The notes: generated from the sequence alone by a model not told the origin. Positions 50,563 to 60,823 are shown, numbered from the stretch's first letter. The stretch is 64,000 bases of DNA from Candidatus Cloacimonadota bacterium (GCA_963676615.1 OY781092.1:576001-640000); one strand, 5' to 3'. Made by a program: numbers and translations.

Positions 50563-51635
50563 TATTTTCTCAGGAAGTAAAAAAACGCTTTGCTCAGCAA
50601 TTTGTAGTCCATCAGCATATTTGTATAAGCTGCGTTTGCCAGAGGGCAGTAGCAGTTTGCCTTTTTAATCTCACGGCGAGTTTTTTTCGCTTTTTTGGAA
50701 AACCAAATTTTTTTGAATTTCTTGTCTTTGATATTCCCGATGCTTTCGGCTTTCATACAGCAAAACCAGACATCTCCAGCGGGGGAAAGCTGCATCGAGG
50801 CGACGCCAGCGTAACAATTATAAATTTTGTGCTCGCACAGTAGCATCTTTTTTACCATCTGATAATAGTGAAGCCTAAAAAATTGGGTAACCCTGTTCAG
50901 CCCGGTGTGGTTGTCGTTTTTTATGCGATGAATCAGCAAATCCACAGCCGAAGCGTAGTTCCACGGCGAAGGCGCAATTTGACTCTCCATCGTGTCCAGC
51001 TCAATGCGATTTTCGGCGATTTCGGTGATGTAGGTGTCGGGTCTTAGGTCCAGCAGAGTCTGGCTGATGTAGGCAAAATTTTGTGAATTGAAGCGGGAGA
51101 TGACCGTGTGAATGCCGATATTCAGATTGCTCACCTTTTTTTTGAGCTTCGTAAGCCCCAAAAAAGTCGCCATCGCCTTTTGATAAGCGCCGCTCACTCC
51201 GCGAATTTCGTCGTCGGCAGAGCCAATTTCGTCGATAGACAGATTGATATTGATTGTCGATTTTTGGCAATGTTTGCAAATTTCTAGCACATTAGAAACG
51301 ATTTTTTTGCTCAGCAGCCCGTTGGTCGGAATGTTGATGATTTTTGGCTTTGAAATATCGTAAATCGCTTTGACAACGGCAGTTATGTCCCGGCGAAGAA
51401 ACGGCTCTCCGCCAGAAAAAGTTATCCAGTAAGGGGCTTTGCCCAGTTGCAAAAAGAAATTTTGATAATCTTTAACGCTTAGCTCAGGCGATTTTTTCTT
51501 GTAAATTTCGCAAGTTTTGCAACGGGAATTGCAACGATAACTAACGCTAATCGTGTAGTTTATGGGCAAAAGTCGAGGAAAGCCAAAAGCTCTTTGCATC
51601 TTGAAGAAAAAAGTTTTTATCAAAATTTTTAGCAT
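50562..51635 (-). CDS. Radical SAM protein with SPASM/Twitch domain
   Basis: CNSRCKTC, SGGEPF, TNG, C-terminal CYAG...GDVWFCC...GNI...IW...CYC. Confidence 0.9.
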   Translation of the reverse strand: MLKILIKTFFFKMQRAFGFPRLLPINYTISVSYRCNSRCKTCEIYKKKSPELSVKDYQNFFLQLGKAPYWITFSGGEPFLRRDITAVVKAIYDISKPKIINIPTNGLLSKKIVSNVLEICKHCQKSTININLSIDEIGSADDEIRGVSGAYQKAMATFLGLTKLKKKVSNLNIGIHTVISRFNSQNFAYISQTLLDLRPDTYITEIAENRIELDTMESQIAPSPWNYASAVDLLIHRIKNDNHTGLNRVTQFFRLHYYQMVKKMLLCEHKIYNCYAGVASMQLSPAGDVWFCCMKAESIGNIKDKKFKKIWFSKKAKKTRREIKKANCYCPLANAAYTNMLMDYKLLSKAFFYFLRK

Positions 51636-51651
51636 AGTTGCCTTCTTTTTT

Positions 51652-52548
51652 TTAAGTGTCCAGATTTTTTGTTGATTTGGCGATATTCCAAACCGTCGGG
51701 TTGCTCTTTTTCAAAGAAAAATCCAGGCGAGCCTTTAGGCGACAAGCGGTTTCGATAGCCACGGTGAGTAAAATTTTGTGCGCCGAAAAAGGGTGTGCCA
51801 AAATCTGTTTCGCCAAAATTTTTAGTAGCAAAAAACTGTCAGAGGAGGCCACCTGATACTCCCCGTATTTTGCCAGCCACAGATGCCCAATGTGGATTCT
51901 CTTGCGCTGACTACAATATTCCCGAAAGTTGTCTGGACCTTTGTTCCAGATAATCGCCGACGGCAAGTAGATTTTCGCTAGATTTTGCTTGGTGATGATT
52001 TGCTCAATTGAAGCCTCATCAACGGCGCTTTCGGGTGGAATCTGCGAAAAAGTGCGACGAAACGCAATCATCTCGCCGAGTTTTGGGCTGGCGCTCGCCA
52101 TCAGATGATGCATCTGCCACAAGGTGTGTACGCAATATCCGACCAAAGTTTTGGTGCTGTTGAGCGGCACTGGGCGCCCGCCGCTGATGCCGATTTTGGC
52201 ATCGGCAAACACTTCGATTAGCTTTTGCACGACATCTTTTTGCGGCAACACATCGGCAGAGCTGAGCAAGCAAATATCAGCTTTGGCTTTTTGCAGAAAG
52301 AGGTTGATCGCCGAAGATTTTCCCTCTCGATTTGGCTGTTTAATAAGAGAGATGAGCGGGGATGTTTCTGCTTTTTTTTCGACAATTTCGTCGGTTTTGT
52401 CTTGGCAAGCGGAAGAGACAACGATAATCTCCTGAATTTCCACATTTTGCAGCTCTTGGCTCAAAAAAGCGTCCAAAAGTTTGCCGATGTTCGCTTGCTC
52501 ATTAAACGCCATAACGCCAATGCTCACACGAAGTTTGCCTTTATTCAA
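51652..52548 (-). CDS. GT2 glycosyltransferase
   Basis: SIGVMAFNEQ, IIVV, GKSSAIN, SAD, VDE, QRKRI; start placed at TTG 52548 (GGAG upstream, overlaps the dapF stop) rather than 52791. Confidence 0.85.
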   Translation of the reverse strand: MNKGKLRVSIGVMAFNEQANIGKLLDAFLSQELQNVEIQEIIVVSSACQDKTDEIVEKKAETSPLISLIKQPNREGKSSAINLFLQKAKADICLLSSADVLPQKDVVQKLIEVFADAKIGISGGRPVPLNSTKTLVGYCVHTLWQMHHLMASASPKLGEMIAFRRTFSQIPPESAVDEASIEQIITKQNLAKIYLPSAIIWNKGPDNFREYCSQRKRIHIGHLWLAKYGEYQVASSDSFLLLKILAKQILAHPFSAHKILLTVAIETACRLKARLDFSLKKSNPTVWNIAKSTKNLDT

Positions 52549-53353
52549 AGTAAGCTCCTGTGGCGATAGTTTGCGCCGTGGCTTGCATATAAATGTTATC
52601 GTTTTCGATAGAAATTTGCAACGCTCCGCCTTCGCTGACGACCTGAACACAGCTCGCCATTTTGCCCAGTTTGTGGGCGACAAAAGCCGAAGCGCAGCAT
52701 CCTGTGCCACAAGCCAAAGTGTGGCCAGCTCCGCGTTCCCAAGTGTAAACATCGATTTGATTTTCGCCCGAGATTTCGACAAAATTGACATTTATGCCCG
52801 CAGGAAAAAGCTTTAATTTCTCGATTGTTGCGCCGTATTTTTCCACCAAATTTTTGCCGTCGGGAGCAAAAATAACGCCGTGTGGCACGCCAACTTGGGC
52901 AAGGTAGAGGCGAAATTTGCCGTCTAAAATCGGATAGCCCCAAACATTTTCCCACGGTTTGTAGGTTTGTTGATACAGGGGAGCGCCCATTTCGACTTTG
53001 ACTTGGGAGATTTTTTGCTCTTTTTCGCCGAAGATTTCGATTTTTTTATTTCCGTCGTCGGTCGCAACTGTGAACTTTTTTGAGCAGACGAGATTTTGAT
53101 CGTAGATGAATTTGCCAAAACAGCGTAAACCGTTGCCGCACATAGCCGCAAAAGAGCCGTCAGAGTTTAAATAGTCCATTTTTAGCAAATCTTCTGGCGT
53201 TTTACGCACCAAAATAAGCCCGTCGCTGCCGACGCCAAAGCGGCGATTACACACTTTTTTTGCCAGTTTTTCTGGATTTTCTATTTTTTTATCAAGGTCT
53301 AGGATGCAGACAAAATCGTTGCCAAGCCCCGACATTTTTGTGAAATTTAGCAC
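52541..53353 (-). CDS. dapF: Diaminopimelate epimerase
   Basis: KMSGLGNDF, G.DG, NSDGS.A.MCGNG.RC, NVNF, ERGAG.TLACGTG. Confidence 0.97.
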   Translation of the reverse strand: MLNFTKMSGLGNDFVCILDLDKKIENPEKLAKKVCNRRFGVGSDGLILVRKTPEDLLKMDYLNSDGSFAAMCGNGLRCFGKFIYDQNLVCSKKFTVATDDGNKKIEIFGEKEQKISQVKVEMGAPLYQQTYKPWENVWGYPILDGKFRLYLAQVGVPHGVIFAPDGKNLVEKYGATIEKLKLFPAGINVNFVEISGENQIDVYTWERGAGHTLACGTGCCASAFVAHKLGKMASCVQVVSEGGALQISIENDNIYMQATAQTIATGAYFE

Positions 53354-53528
53354 TCTGTTTCCTTCAAAAGAATTTTGGGCAAAGAATAAGCGGCGTTGAT
53401 GTTGTCAAACAATTTTTGCGCAAGAAAATCGCTGGCTTTTTGCGGATTTGCTTTTCAAGCATTTTAATTTTTCATTTGACAAGATAAAGGGTAGAAAAAG
53501 ATTTTTACTGAAATTATGGGTGATTAAA

Positions 53529-53801
53529 ATGAAGAAAAAATTGATTTTGCTGGGAGTTTTTCTCCTTGGATTGTATATTATTTTTGCGATGCTGGGCAGG
53601 ACGGTCAAGCTCTCGATTCTTACGGCGCTGTTCGCTTTCGCTCTTTTTTATATAAACAAAAATCGCAAGTCTTGGTCTTCTGATAATCTTTCTAAAATAA
53701 AAAATCTGAAAAACAAGCTGAAATTGGAAGTCGTTTTTTATCTAAATATCGCTTTTTCAATAGCTTATTTAGTGGCTTTGTGTGCAATTTTGGTAAAATA
53801 G
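53529..53801 (+). CDS. Small hypothetical membrane protein (about 3 TM)
   Basis: Hydrophobic segments; ATG at 53529 downstream of TTGACA (53476-53481). Confidence 0.6.
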   Translation: MKKKLILLGVFLLGLYIIFAMLGRTVKLSILTALFAFALFYINKNRKSWSSDNLSKIKNLKNKLKLEVVFYLNIAFSIAYLVALCAILVK

Positions 53802-53811
53802 GAGTTAAACG

Positions 53812-55026
53812 ATGTTTAAGTTGAAATGTGTGAATTGTGGAGCGGAATACAAAAAAGGCGAGGTCGAATATCTTTGCCCTGTGTGCGAAGCGTCAAATGT
53901 TGAGGGTCAGCCGACGAAAGGAATTTTGAAGGTTGTTTACGATTACGATGGAATCGGCAAAAATTTTGATCAGTTGAAAAAGGACGACTATTTAGACCTT
54001 TTGCCAATCGAGAGTAAGGAGAGTTTGCCGAATTTGAGAGTTGGGCAAACGCCGATGTATAAATACACTTCTTTACCAAAATATGGTGATTTGGATTTTA
54101 ATCTTTTCATCAAAGACGAGGGCGTTAATCCGACTTTTTCGTTTAAAGATAGAGCGTCGTATATCGTCAGCGCTTATGCCAAAGAGAACGGCAAAGATGT
54201 TATTGTGGCTGCTTCTACGGGAAACGCGGGTTCTTCGCTTGCGGGAATTTGCGCAGCGCAAGGGCAAAAAGCTGTGATAATGGTACCTGCTGCGGCGCCG
54301 ATTGCTAAACTCACGCAGGTGATGATGTATGGGGCGAAGCTCGTGCCAGTGGACGGAATTTATGACGACGCTTTTGCTCTTTCGATGGCGGCTAGCAAAA
54401 AATTCGGTTGGTATAACCGCAACACGGCCTACAATCCGCACACTGTCGAGGGTAAAAAAGTTGTCTCGTTCGAGATTTACGACCAAATCAAAGATGTAGA
54501 CACGGTGTTTGTTTCTGTGGGCGATGGTTGTATCGTCGGCGGAGTTTTCAAAGGTTTTGAAGATTTGCTAAAAATGAAAATCATCAAAAAAATGCCGAAA
54601 ATTGTGGCGGTGCAGTCGGAAAAAAGCGCCAACATTTTTAACAACTATCAAAACGACGATTTTAAATGCGTGGCTGCCAGCACTCTTGCCGACTCGATTT
54701 CGGTGGATGTCCCTGCTAACTACTATATGGTTAAGCAGTTTTTGAGTGACTACGAGAGCGATTGCATCACTGTTAGTGACGAGAAAATTTTGGAAGCTAG
54801 CAAGATTTTGAGCGAAAATACGGGGATTTTCTCGGAACCAGCGGCTGCTTGTGCTTTTGCGGGAATGCTCAAATACTCTCAAGCGGGCAGCATTCCTGCG
54901 GGAAGCAACGCCTGTGTGCTGCTCACTGGTAGCGGTCTGAAAGATTTGGCGTCGGCGCAAAAGATTGTGAAGATGCCTGCTGCGGTATCGCCGTCGGTCG
55001 ATTCACTAGACAAATTAGAGGTGTAA
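53812..55026 (+). CDS. thrC: Threonine synthase family PLP enzyme
   Basis: N-terminal CxxC/CxxC, NPTFSFKDR, ASTGNAG, EGKK, ADSISV, EPAAA, LTGSGLKD. Confidence 0.85.
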   Translation: MFKLKCVNCGAEYKKGEVEYLCPVCEASNVEGQPTKGILKVVYDYDGIGKNFDQLKKDDYLDLLPIESKESLPNLRVGQTPMYKYTSLPKYGDLDFNLFIKDEGVNPTFSFKDRASYIVSAYAKENGKDVIVAASTGNAGSSLAGICAAQGQKAVIMVPAAAPIAKLTQVMMYGAKLVPVDGIYDDAFALSMAASKKFGWYNRNTAYNPHTVEGKKVVSFEIYDQIKDVDTVFVSVGDGCIVGGVFKGFEDLLKMKIIKKMPKIVAVQSEKSANIFNNYQNDDFKCVAASTLADSISVDVPANYYMVKQFLSDYESDCITVSDEKILEASKILSENTGIFSEPAAACAFAGMLKYSQAGSIPAGSNACVLLTGSGLKDLASAQKIVKMPAAVSPSVDSLDKLEV

Positions 55027-55046
55027 AAAAAGCCGAATTTGCCTTG

Positions 55047-55820
55047 ATGTCGAAAAAGATAAAACGCAAAAAAGGGGTGGTGCAGGAGTGGATTGAGGCG
55101 ATACTTTTTGCCCTAGTTGTGGCGATGATTATCCGCAATTACACTTTTCAGAATTTCAAAATCCCTTCTGGTTCGATGGAAAAGACGCTGCTTGTGGGCG
55201 ATTATTTGATAGCCAACAAGTTGAAATACTTTTTTAGCGACCCGCAACGGTTTGATATTGTGACTTTTCGCAATCCTGCCCAAGGCACAGAGCCTGGTTT
55301 GCCGTGTGCGCAAAACAATTTTCAGAACACGCGAGACGAGTATTTAAAGCTTTATCCGCCGCTGTATTGGGACAAAAAAGATTGGTTTTATTTCGGCATC
55401 GACAAGATAACTTTTTTGGGCGTTTGCTATTACGGAAAGGCAAATTTGGTAAAGCGGGTCATCGGAATGCCGGGCGACACGCTGGAGATTAAAGATAGGG
55501 TGACCTACATCAACGGCGAAAAGTTGGCTGAGCCGTTTGTAAACAACAGTTTGCCGCAGATTTTGCCTCGCTACACGGGAATTGAGCAGTTAGATATTTT
55601 TTGGGGCGATAAATTTATGGGCTCAATCGACAATTTTGGTCCAGTTGTTGTGCCTGCTGGCAAATATTTTGTGATGGGCGATAATCGGCAAAACAGTTTC
55701 GATAGCAGATTTTGGGGCTTTTTGGATCGCGAAGATGTGACGGGAACGCCGTCGATTATCCTGTTTTCTGTGGGCGAAGACGGACGCAGAGCGGGCAGAT
55801 ATCTGCAAACGATTAAATAA
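55047..55820 (+). CDS. lepB: Signal peptidase I
   Basis: IPSGSMEKTLLVGD, VKRVIGMPGD, MGDNR.NS.DSR.WG. Confidence 0.96.
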   Translation: MSKKIKRKKGVVQEWIEAILFALVVAMIIRNYTFQNFKIPSGSMEKTLLVGDYLIANKLKYFFSDPQRFDIVTFRNPAQGTEPGLPCAQNNFQNTRDEYLKLYPPLYWDKKDWFYFGIDKITFLGVCYYGKANLVKRVIGMPGDTLEIKDRVTYINGEKLAEPFVNNSLPQILPRYTGIEQLDIFWGDKFMGSIDNFGPVVVPAGKYFVMGDNRQNSFDSRFWGFLDREDVTGTPSIILFSVGEDGRRAGRYLQTIK

Positions 55821-55838
55821 TTTTAGGGAGCAAAAAAA

Positions 55839-57338
55839 GTGGCAAAAACAGCAATAAATCCTACGAGAGAACAGAACTATCCTCATTGGTATCAGGAAGT
55901 TATAAAAGCTGCGGATATGGCAGAGAGTAGTTCGGTGCGTGGCTGTATGGTCATAAAGCCTTGGGGCTACGCCATTTGGGAGAACATCAAGCAGGCTTTG
56001 GATAGCGCTTTTAAGCGGACGGGTCACAAAAATGCGTATTTTCCGCTTTTTATTCCCAAAAGTTATCTCGAAAAAGAGGCGGAGCATGTGGAAGGCTTTG
56101 CCAAAGAGTGCGCAGTTATCACGCATTCACGGCTGGAACAAAAAGAGGGAGAGGCTGGTTTGGTGCCGGGAGGCAAACTCACGCAGGAGCTTGTCGTGCG
56201 GCCGACATCGGAGACGATTATTGGCGAGTCTTTTTCCAAATGGGTGAAATCTTACAAAGATTTGCCGCTTTTAATCAACCAGTGGGCGAATGTCGTGCGC
56301 TGGGAGTTGCGTCCGAGGCTTTTTTTGCGGACGGCGGAATTTTTGTGGCAAGAGGGTCACACCGTGCATTCCACTAGTCAGGAGGCGCAGGAAGAGTCTT
56401 TGATGATTTTGGATTTGTATGCGGAGTTTTGCCGAGATTTTTTGGCGATGCCCGTGATCAAGGGCAAAAAGAGCGAATCGGAAAAATTTCCGGGAGCCGT
56501 GGACACCTATTGCATCGAGGCGATGATGCAGGACAAAAAGGCGTTGCAGGCTGGCACTAGTCACTTTTTGGGGCAAAATTTTGCCAAATCTTCGGAGATA
56601 AAATTTCAGAACCAAGACGGAGAGATGGAGTTCGCTTGGACGACCTCTTGGGGAGTCTCTACTCGCCTTATTGGTGGGCTGATAATGGCTCATTCCGACG
56701 ACAACGGTTTGGTGCTGCCCCCGCGGATAGCGCCCGCTCAGGTGGTGATTTTGCCGATTTACAAAAGTGAGACAGAGCGCGAAAAGATTTTGGAATACAC
56801 AACACAGTTGCAAAAAGATTTGGAAAAGATTTGCTATCATAACAAGCCGCTCGAGGTGATTTTGGACGACAGCAACGCTACCTCTTCTGCCAGAAGCTGG
56901 GAGTGGATAAAAAAAGGCGTGCCGATTAGAGTGGAAGTCGGTTTGCGGGATTTGGAGCAAGATTCGCTTTTCGTGGGACGGCGAGATCTGGAGCCCAGAG
57001 ACAAAAAAAGTTTGCCAAGAGCGAGCTTTTTGCAAGAGGCTTGCTCCATTTTGGAAAATATCCAATTCAACATTTATAGCAAAGCAAAATCTTTTCTGAG
57101 GGCGAACACTAAAATTGTTGACAAAAAAGATGAGTTTTTTGATTTGTTTAAATCTAAAGGAAAACAGATTTTTGCCTTGTCGCATTGGTGCGGATGTGCA
57201 GAGTGTGAACAAGCTATCAAACAAGAGTTAAAAGCGACTGTCAGATGCTTGCCTTTCGATTCCCAAGAGGAAGAGGGCGTTTGTATCTATTGTGGCAAAC
57301 CTAGCAAAAAAAGGGTTGTTTTTGCCAAGTCGTATTAA
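55839..57338 (+). CDS. proS: Proline--tRNA ligase, archaeal/eukaryote-type (no editing insertion)
   Basis: VRGCMVIKPWGYAIWE, RPTSET, FLWQEGHT, QAGTSHFLGQNF, C-terminal zinc site and FAKSY. Confidence 0.97.
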   Translation: MAKTAINPTREQNYPHWYQEVIKAADMAESSSVRGCMVIKPWGYAIWENIKQALDSAFKRTGHKNAYFPLFIPKSYLEKEAEHVEGFAKECAVITHSRLEQKEGEAGLVPGGKLTQELVVRPTSETIIGESFSKWVKSYKDLPLLINQWANVVRWELRPRLFLRTAEFLWQEGHTVHSTSQEAQEESLMILDLYAEFCRDFLAMPVIKGKKSESEKFPGAVDTYCIEAMMQDKKALQAGTSHFLGQNFAKSSEIKFQNQDGEMEFAWTTSWGVSTRLIGGLIMAHSDDNGLVLPPRIAPAQVVILPIYKSETEREKILEYTTQLQKDLEKICYHNKPLEVILDDSNATSSARSWEWIKKGVPIRVEVGLRDLEQDSLFVGRRDLEPRDKKSLPRASFLQEACSILENIQFNIYSKAKSFLRANTKIVDKKDEFFDLFKSKGKQIFALSHWCGCAECEQAIKQELKATVRCLPFDSQEEEGVCIYCGKPSKKRVVFAKSY

Positions 57339-57361
57339 ATTTTATTTGTAAGGGGATTAAA

Positions 57362-59125
57362 ATGAAAAGATTGGTAATCGGTATGGGTTCGTGCGGCAAG
57401 TCTGCTGGCGCTGGAGATGTTTTTGACAGAGCCGAAGAGCTTTTGAAAAAAAGTAAGAGCAATGTTGAGCTAGACACAACTGGTTGCATTGGAATGTGTT
57501 ACAACGAGCCGCTGGTTTTTGTGGAGGACGAAGACCACCAAAGAACTGTTTATGCTCATGTGACTCCAGATGTGCTTGACCAAATTTTTGATGAGCATTT
57601 GCTGGGCGGGAAAATCGTGCAAGACTATCGGATTATCGACCAAAATGTTAACCTTGAGGACGCTTTTTTCTCCAAACAAAAGAGAATCGCTTTGCGAAAT
57701 GTGGGAAATTTGAACCCCGAATCTTTTTCCGATTATGAAAATCGAGAGGGCTTTAAAGCTTTGCAAAAAGCGCTGGCAACCTCGCCAGAGGAGCTTTTGC
57801 AGACTGTGCAAGATAGCGGGCTGCGTGGTCGTGGCGGCGGTGGTGCTTCCACTGGAATGAAGTGGAGCTTTGCTAGAGGCGCAAAAGGCGACAAAAAATA
57901 TCTCATCTGCAACGCCGACGAAGGCGATCCAGGCGCATTTATGGACAGGTCGCTACTCGAAGGAAATCCGTATTTGGTAATCGAGGGGATGATAATCGCT
58001 GGCTACACCATCGGTGCAGACGAGGGCTATTTGTATGTTCGTGCCGAGTATCCGCTTGCGATAAAGCACCTGCGCACAGCCATTGCTGAGCTTGAGGCGA
58101 AAAACTATTTGGGTGAAAATATTTTAGGTAGCGGCTTCAATTTCACTTTGCATATCAAAGAGGGCGCTGGAGCTTTTGTCTGCGGCGAGGAGACAGCTCT
58201 GATCGCCTCTATCGAAGGAAAAAGAGGAATGCCCAGAAGAAGACCGCCGTTCCCAGCTGTGCGTGGACTTTTCGACTGTCCAACAAATGTGAACAATGTG
58301 GAAACTTTCGCCAACATTCCTTGGATTATCCTTAACGGCGCCGACGAGTATCGCAAAAATGGAACAGAAAAATCGGCAGGAACGAAAGTTTTTGCTTTGG
58401 CTGGAAAAATCAAAAGGTCTGGCTTGGTCGAAGTTCCGATGGGCACGACCTTGCGAGAGGTGATTTTTGACATTGGTGGCGGAATAAAAGACGGCGGAAA
58501 GTTCAAAGCTGTGCAAATGGGCGGACCTTCTGGCGGCTGTATTCCCGAAAAATATTTGGATTTGCCAATCGACTACGACTCGATCAACCAAACAGGCGCG
58601 ATTATGGGCTCAGGCGGTATGGTCGTGATGGACGAATCGTCTTGTATGGTGGATGTCGCCAAATATTTCTTGTCGTTCACCCAAAAAGAGAGCTGTGGAA
58701 AATGTCCGTTTTGCCGAATTGGCACCAAAAGAATGCTCGAAATTTTGGAGAGAATTACTAACGGCAAAGGCAAGATGGAAGATATCGACAAGTTGTATGA
58801 ACTGGCGGAAAATATCAAGGCGTCAACGCTTTGCGGATTGGGTCAAAGCGCTCCAAACCCAGTGTTGACAACGCTTAAATATTTTAAAGACGAATATATC
58901 GCTCACATCCAAGACAAAGAGTGTAAAGCTGGTGTCTGCACCAATTTGAAGAGTTATCAGATTGATCCAGAAAAGTGTGTCGGCTGCACAATGTGCGCGC
59001 GCAAATGCCCGCAAGAGTGCATCAGCGGTAGCGTTAAAGCGGCTCACAAGATTGACCAAGAGCTTTGCGTTAAGTGCGGGATTTGTCAGGATGTCTGCAA
59101 ATTCGATGCGGTAAAACTTGTTTAA
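57362..59125 (+). CDS. HydB/HndC/NuoF-type NADH-binding Fe-S flavoprotein
   Basis: N-terminal thioredoxin-like Cys domain, GRGGGG, NADEGDPGAFMDR, CGEETAL, GGPSGG, SCGKCPFCR, two C-terminal CxxCxxCxxxC. Confidence 0.93.
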   Translation: MKRLVIGMGSCGKSAGAGDVFDRAEELLKKSKSNVELDTTGCIGMCYNEPLVFVEDEDHQRTVYAHVTPDVLDQIFDEHLLGGKIVQDYRIIDQNVNLEDAFFSKQKRIALRNVGNLNPESFSDYENREGFKALQKALATSPEELLQTVQDSGLRGRGGGGASTGMKWSFARGAKGDKKYLICNADEGDPGAFMDRSLLEGNPYLVIEGMIIAGYTIGADEGYLYVRAEYPLAIKHLRTAIAELEAKNYLGENILGSGFNFTLHIKEGAGAFVCGEETALIASIEGKRGMPRRRPPFPAVRGLFDCPTNVNNVETFANIPWIILNGADEYRKNGTEKSAGTKVFALAGKIKRSGLVEVPMGTTLREVIFDIGGGIKDGGKFKAVQMGGPSGGCIPEKYLDLPIDYDSINQTGAIMGSGGMVVMDESSCMVDVAKYFLSFTQKESCGKCPFCRIGTKRMLEILERITNGKGKMEDIDKLYELAENIKASTLCGLGQSAPNPVLTTLKYFKDEYIAHIQDKECKAGVCTNLKSYQIDPEKCVGCTMCARKCPQECISGSVKAAHKIDQELCVKCGICQDVCKFDAVKLV

Positions 59126-59582
59126 TATCGTTCTTTATCAGCCAGAAATTGCTCAAAATACAGGAAATATCGGTCGGCTTTGCGTCGGCAGTGGATCAAA
59201 ATTGCACATCGTGCGTCCGATGAAGTTTATGATCGACGATAAGAGCGTGCGGCGAGCGGGGCTAGACTATTGGGCGAAGCTGGATTATCGATTGTATGAT
59301 AGCTGGCAGGAGCTATGCGATGCCAATCCAAAGGCGCGTTTTTATCTCGCCAGCACAAAAGCAAAAAAAAATTACTCGAGTGTAAACTACGAAAAAGGCG
59401 ATTTTTTGGTTTTTGGTCCAGAGAGCAGGGGTTTGCCGCAAGAGTTGTTGCAAAAATATTCTGATTTTGGCATAACTATTCCGATGCATTCAGATATCCG
59501 CTCGATAAATCTGAGCAACAGCGTGGCTATCGTTTTGTATGAAGCCGCAAGACAAAAAGGTTTTGAATGGAAAAGTTTGTAA
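59118..59582 (+). CDS. trmL: tRNA (cytidine34-2'-O)-methyltransferase
   Basis: PEI..NTGNI.R, RRAGLDYW, FGPESRGLP, IPM...RSINLSN. Confidence 0.95.
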   Translation: MFNIVLYQPEIAQNTGNIGRLCVGSGSKLHIVRPMKFMIDDKSVRRAGLDYWAKLDYRLYDSWQELCDANPKARFYLASTKAKKNYSSVNYEKGDFLVFGPESRGLPQELLQKYSDFGITIPMHSDIRSINLSNSVAIVLYEAARQKGFEWKSL

Positions 59583-60823
59583 TCCACGGGCGAAAAAAAC
59601 TTTCGGGCAGTGTCGAAATTGGCGGAGCGAAAAACGCTGTTTTGCCGATTATGGCTGCCACGATGCTCGCTAGAGGCAAATTTGTCCTAAAAAATGTTCC
59701 TCAGTTGCAAGATGTGGAGTTTATGGCGTCGCTGTTGCAGACGATGGGGGTGAAGGTCGAGCATCACGGCTCGACGATGCGTATAGACACCACTGGCGTT
59801 TGTTTTCAGGAGGCTCCCTACGATATCGTGCGGAAGATGCGTGCGTCGATTTATGTGCTTGCTCCGCAGCTGGCGCTGTTTGGCAAGGCGAGCGTCTCTT
59901 TTCCTGGTGGATGTGCTATCGGTGCGCGTCCTGTCGATTTTCACCTACAGGCGATGGAGGCTCTTGGCGCAGAAATTTCCATAAATCACGGCAATATTTT
60001 GGCGTCTGCGACCTCGCTTAAAGGTTGCGATTTTCATTTTGAAAAAATTTCGGTCGGAGCGACGGCGAATATGCTTATGGCGAGCTGTTTGGCGGAAGGT
60101 CGCACCGTGATAGACAATGCAGCCAAGGAGCCAGAAATAGACGATTTGGCAAATTTCCTCATCAAAATGGGCGCTCACATCCAAGGAGTGGGAAGTTCAA
60201 CTTTGGTCGTAGATGGCGTAAGCTCTTTGCACGCTTGCGATTATAAAGTTATTCCCGACAGAATCGAAGCGGGGACTTTTTTGCTCGCTGGAGCTATTAC
60301 TGGCAGCAAAATCACGGTCAAAAATTGTCAGCCACAGCATTTGAAAGCGTTGTTTCAGAAAATGGAAGAGGCTGGCTGCAGATTTGAAATCGGCGAAGAT
60401 TGCGTGGAGGTGATTCCAGCGGAAAAAATTGCTTGCGCAAAAAGGACGCTCACCGCCGAATATCCGGGATTTCCGACAGATTTGCAAGCGCAATTTATGG
60501 CGTATATGGCTATCGCAGAAGGCAGTTGCGTCATCGAAGATGTGATTTTTCCCGACCGATTTATGCATGTGGCAGAGCTTGGGCGTTTGGGAGCGAACAT
60601 CAAAATTGAAAAAAATATCGCCATTGTGGAAGGTGTGGAAAGTTTGAGTGGAGCGAAAGTTATGGCGACAGACCTGCGGGCGAGTGCGGCTTTGGTTTTG
60701 GCGGGACTTGCCAGCGATAACACCACCGAGATAATGCGGATTTATCACATCAAAAGAGGCTACGAAAATATCGAGAAAAAACTGCAGAAACTTGGCGCAG
60801 ATATTAGGATCGAGGAAAGTTAG
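59567..60823 (+). CDS. murA: UDP-GlcNAc 1-carboxyvinyltransferase
   Basis: GAKNA, MRAS, PGGCAIGARP (catalytic Cys present), SVGAT, DRIEAGT, PGFPTDLQ, DLRA. Confidence 0.98.
   Translation: MEKFVIHGRKKLSGSVEIGGAKNAVLPIMAATMLARGKFVLKNVPQLQDVEFMASLLQTMGVKVEHHGSTMRIDTTGVCFQEAPYDIVRKMRASIYVLAPQLALFGKASVSFPGGCAIGARPVDFHLQAMEALGAEISINHGNILASATSLKGCDFHFEKISVGATANMLMASCLAEGRTVIDNAAKEPEIDDLANFLIKMGAHIQGVGSSTLVVDGVSSLHACDYKVIPDRIEAGTFLLAGAITGSKITVKNCQPQHLKALFQKMEEAGCRFEIGEDCVEVIPAEKIACAKRTLTAEYPGFPTDLQAQFMAYMAIAEGSCVIEDVIFPDRFMHVAELGRLGANIKIEKNIAIVEGVESLSGAKVMATDLRASAALVLAGLASDNTTEIMRIYHIKRGYENIEKKLQKLGADIRIEES

Noticed and set aside
52549..52791. 81-codon N-terminal extension of GT2 overlapping dapF
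   Set aside because: Non-GT-like sequence lying over the conserved dapF frame; a TTG with GGAG at 52548 gives a normal GT2 start
53347..53355. CIRCE half-site TTAGCACTC
   Set aside because: No second arm; it is the reverse complement of the dapF start region
56271..57224. 317-aa minus-strand ORF
   Set aside because: Antisense shadow of proS; the same applies to the other nested ORFs in the track
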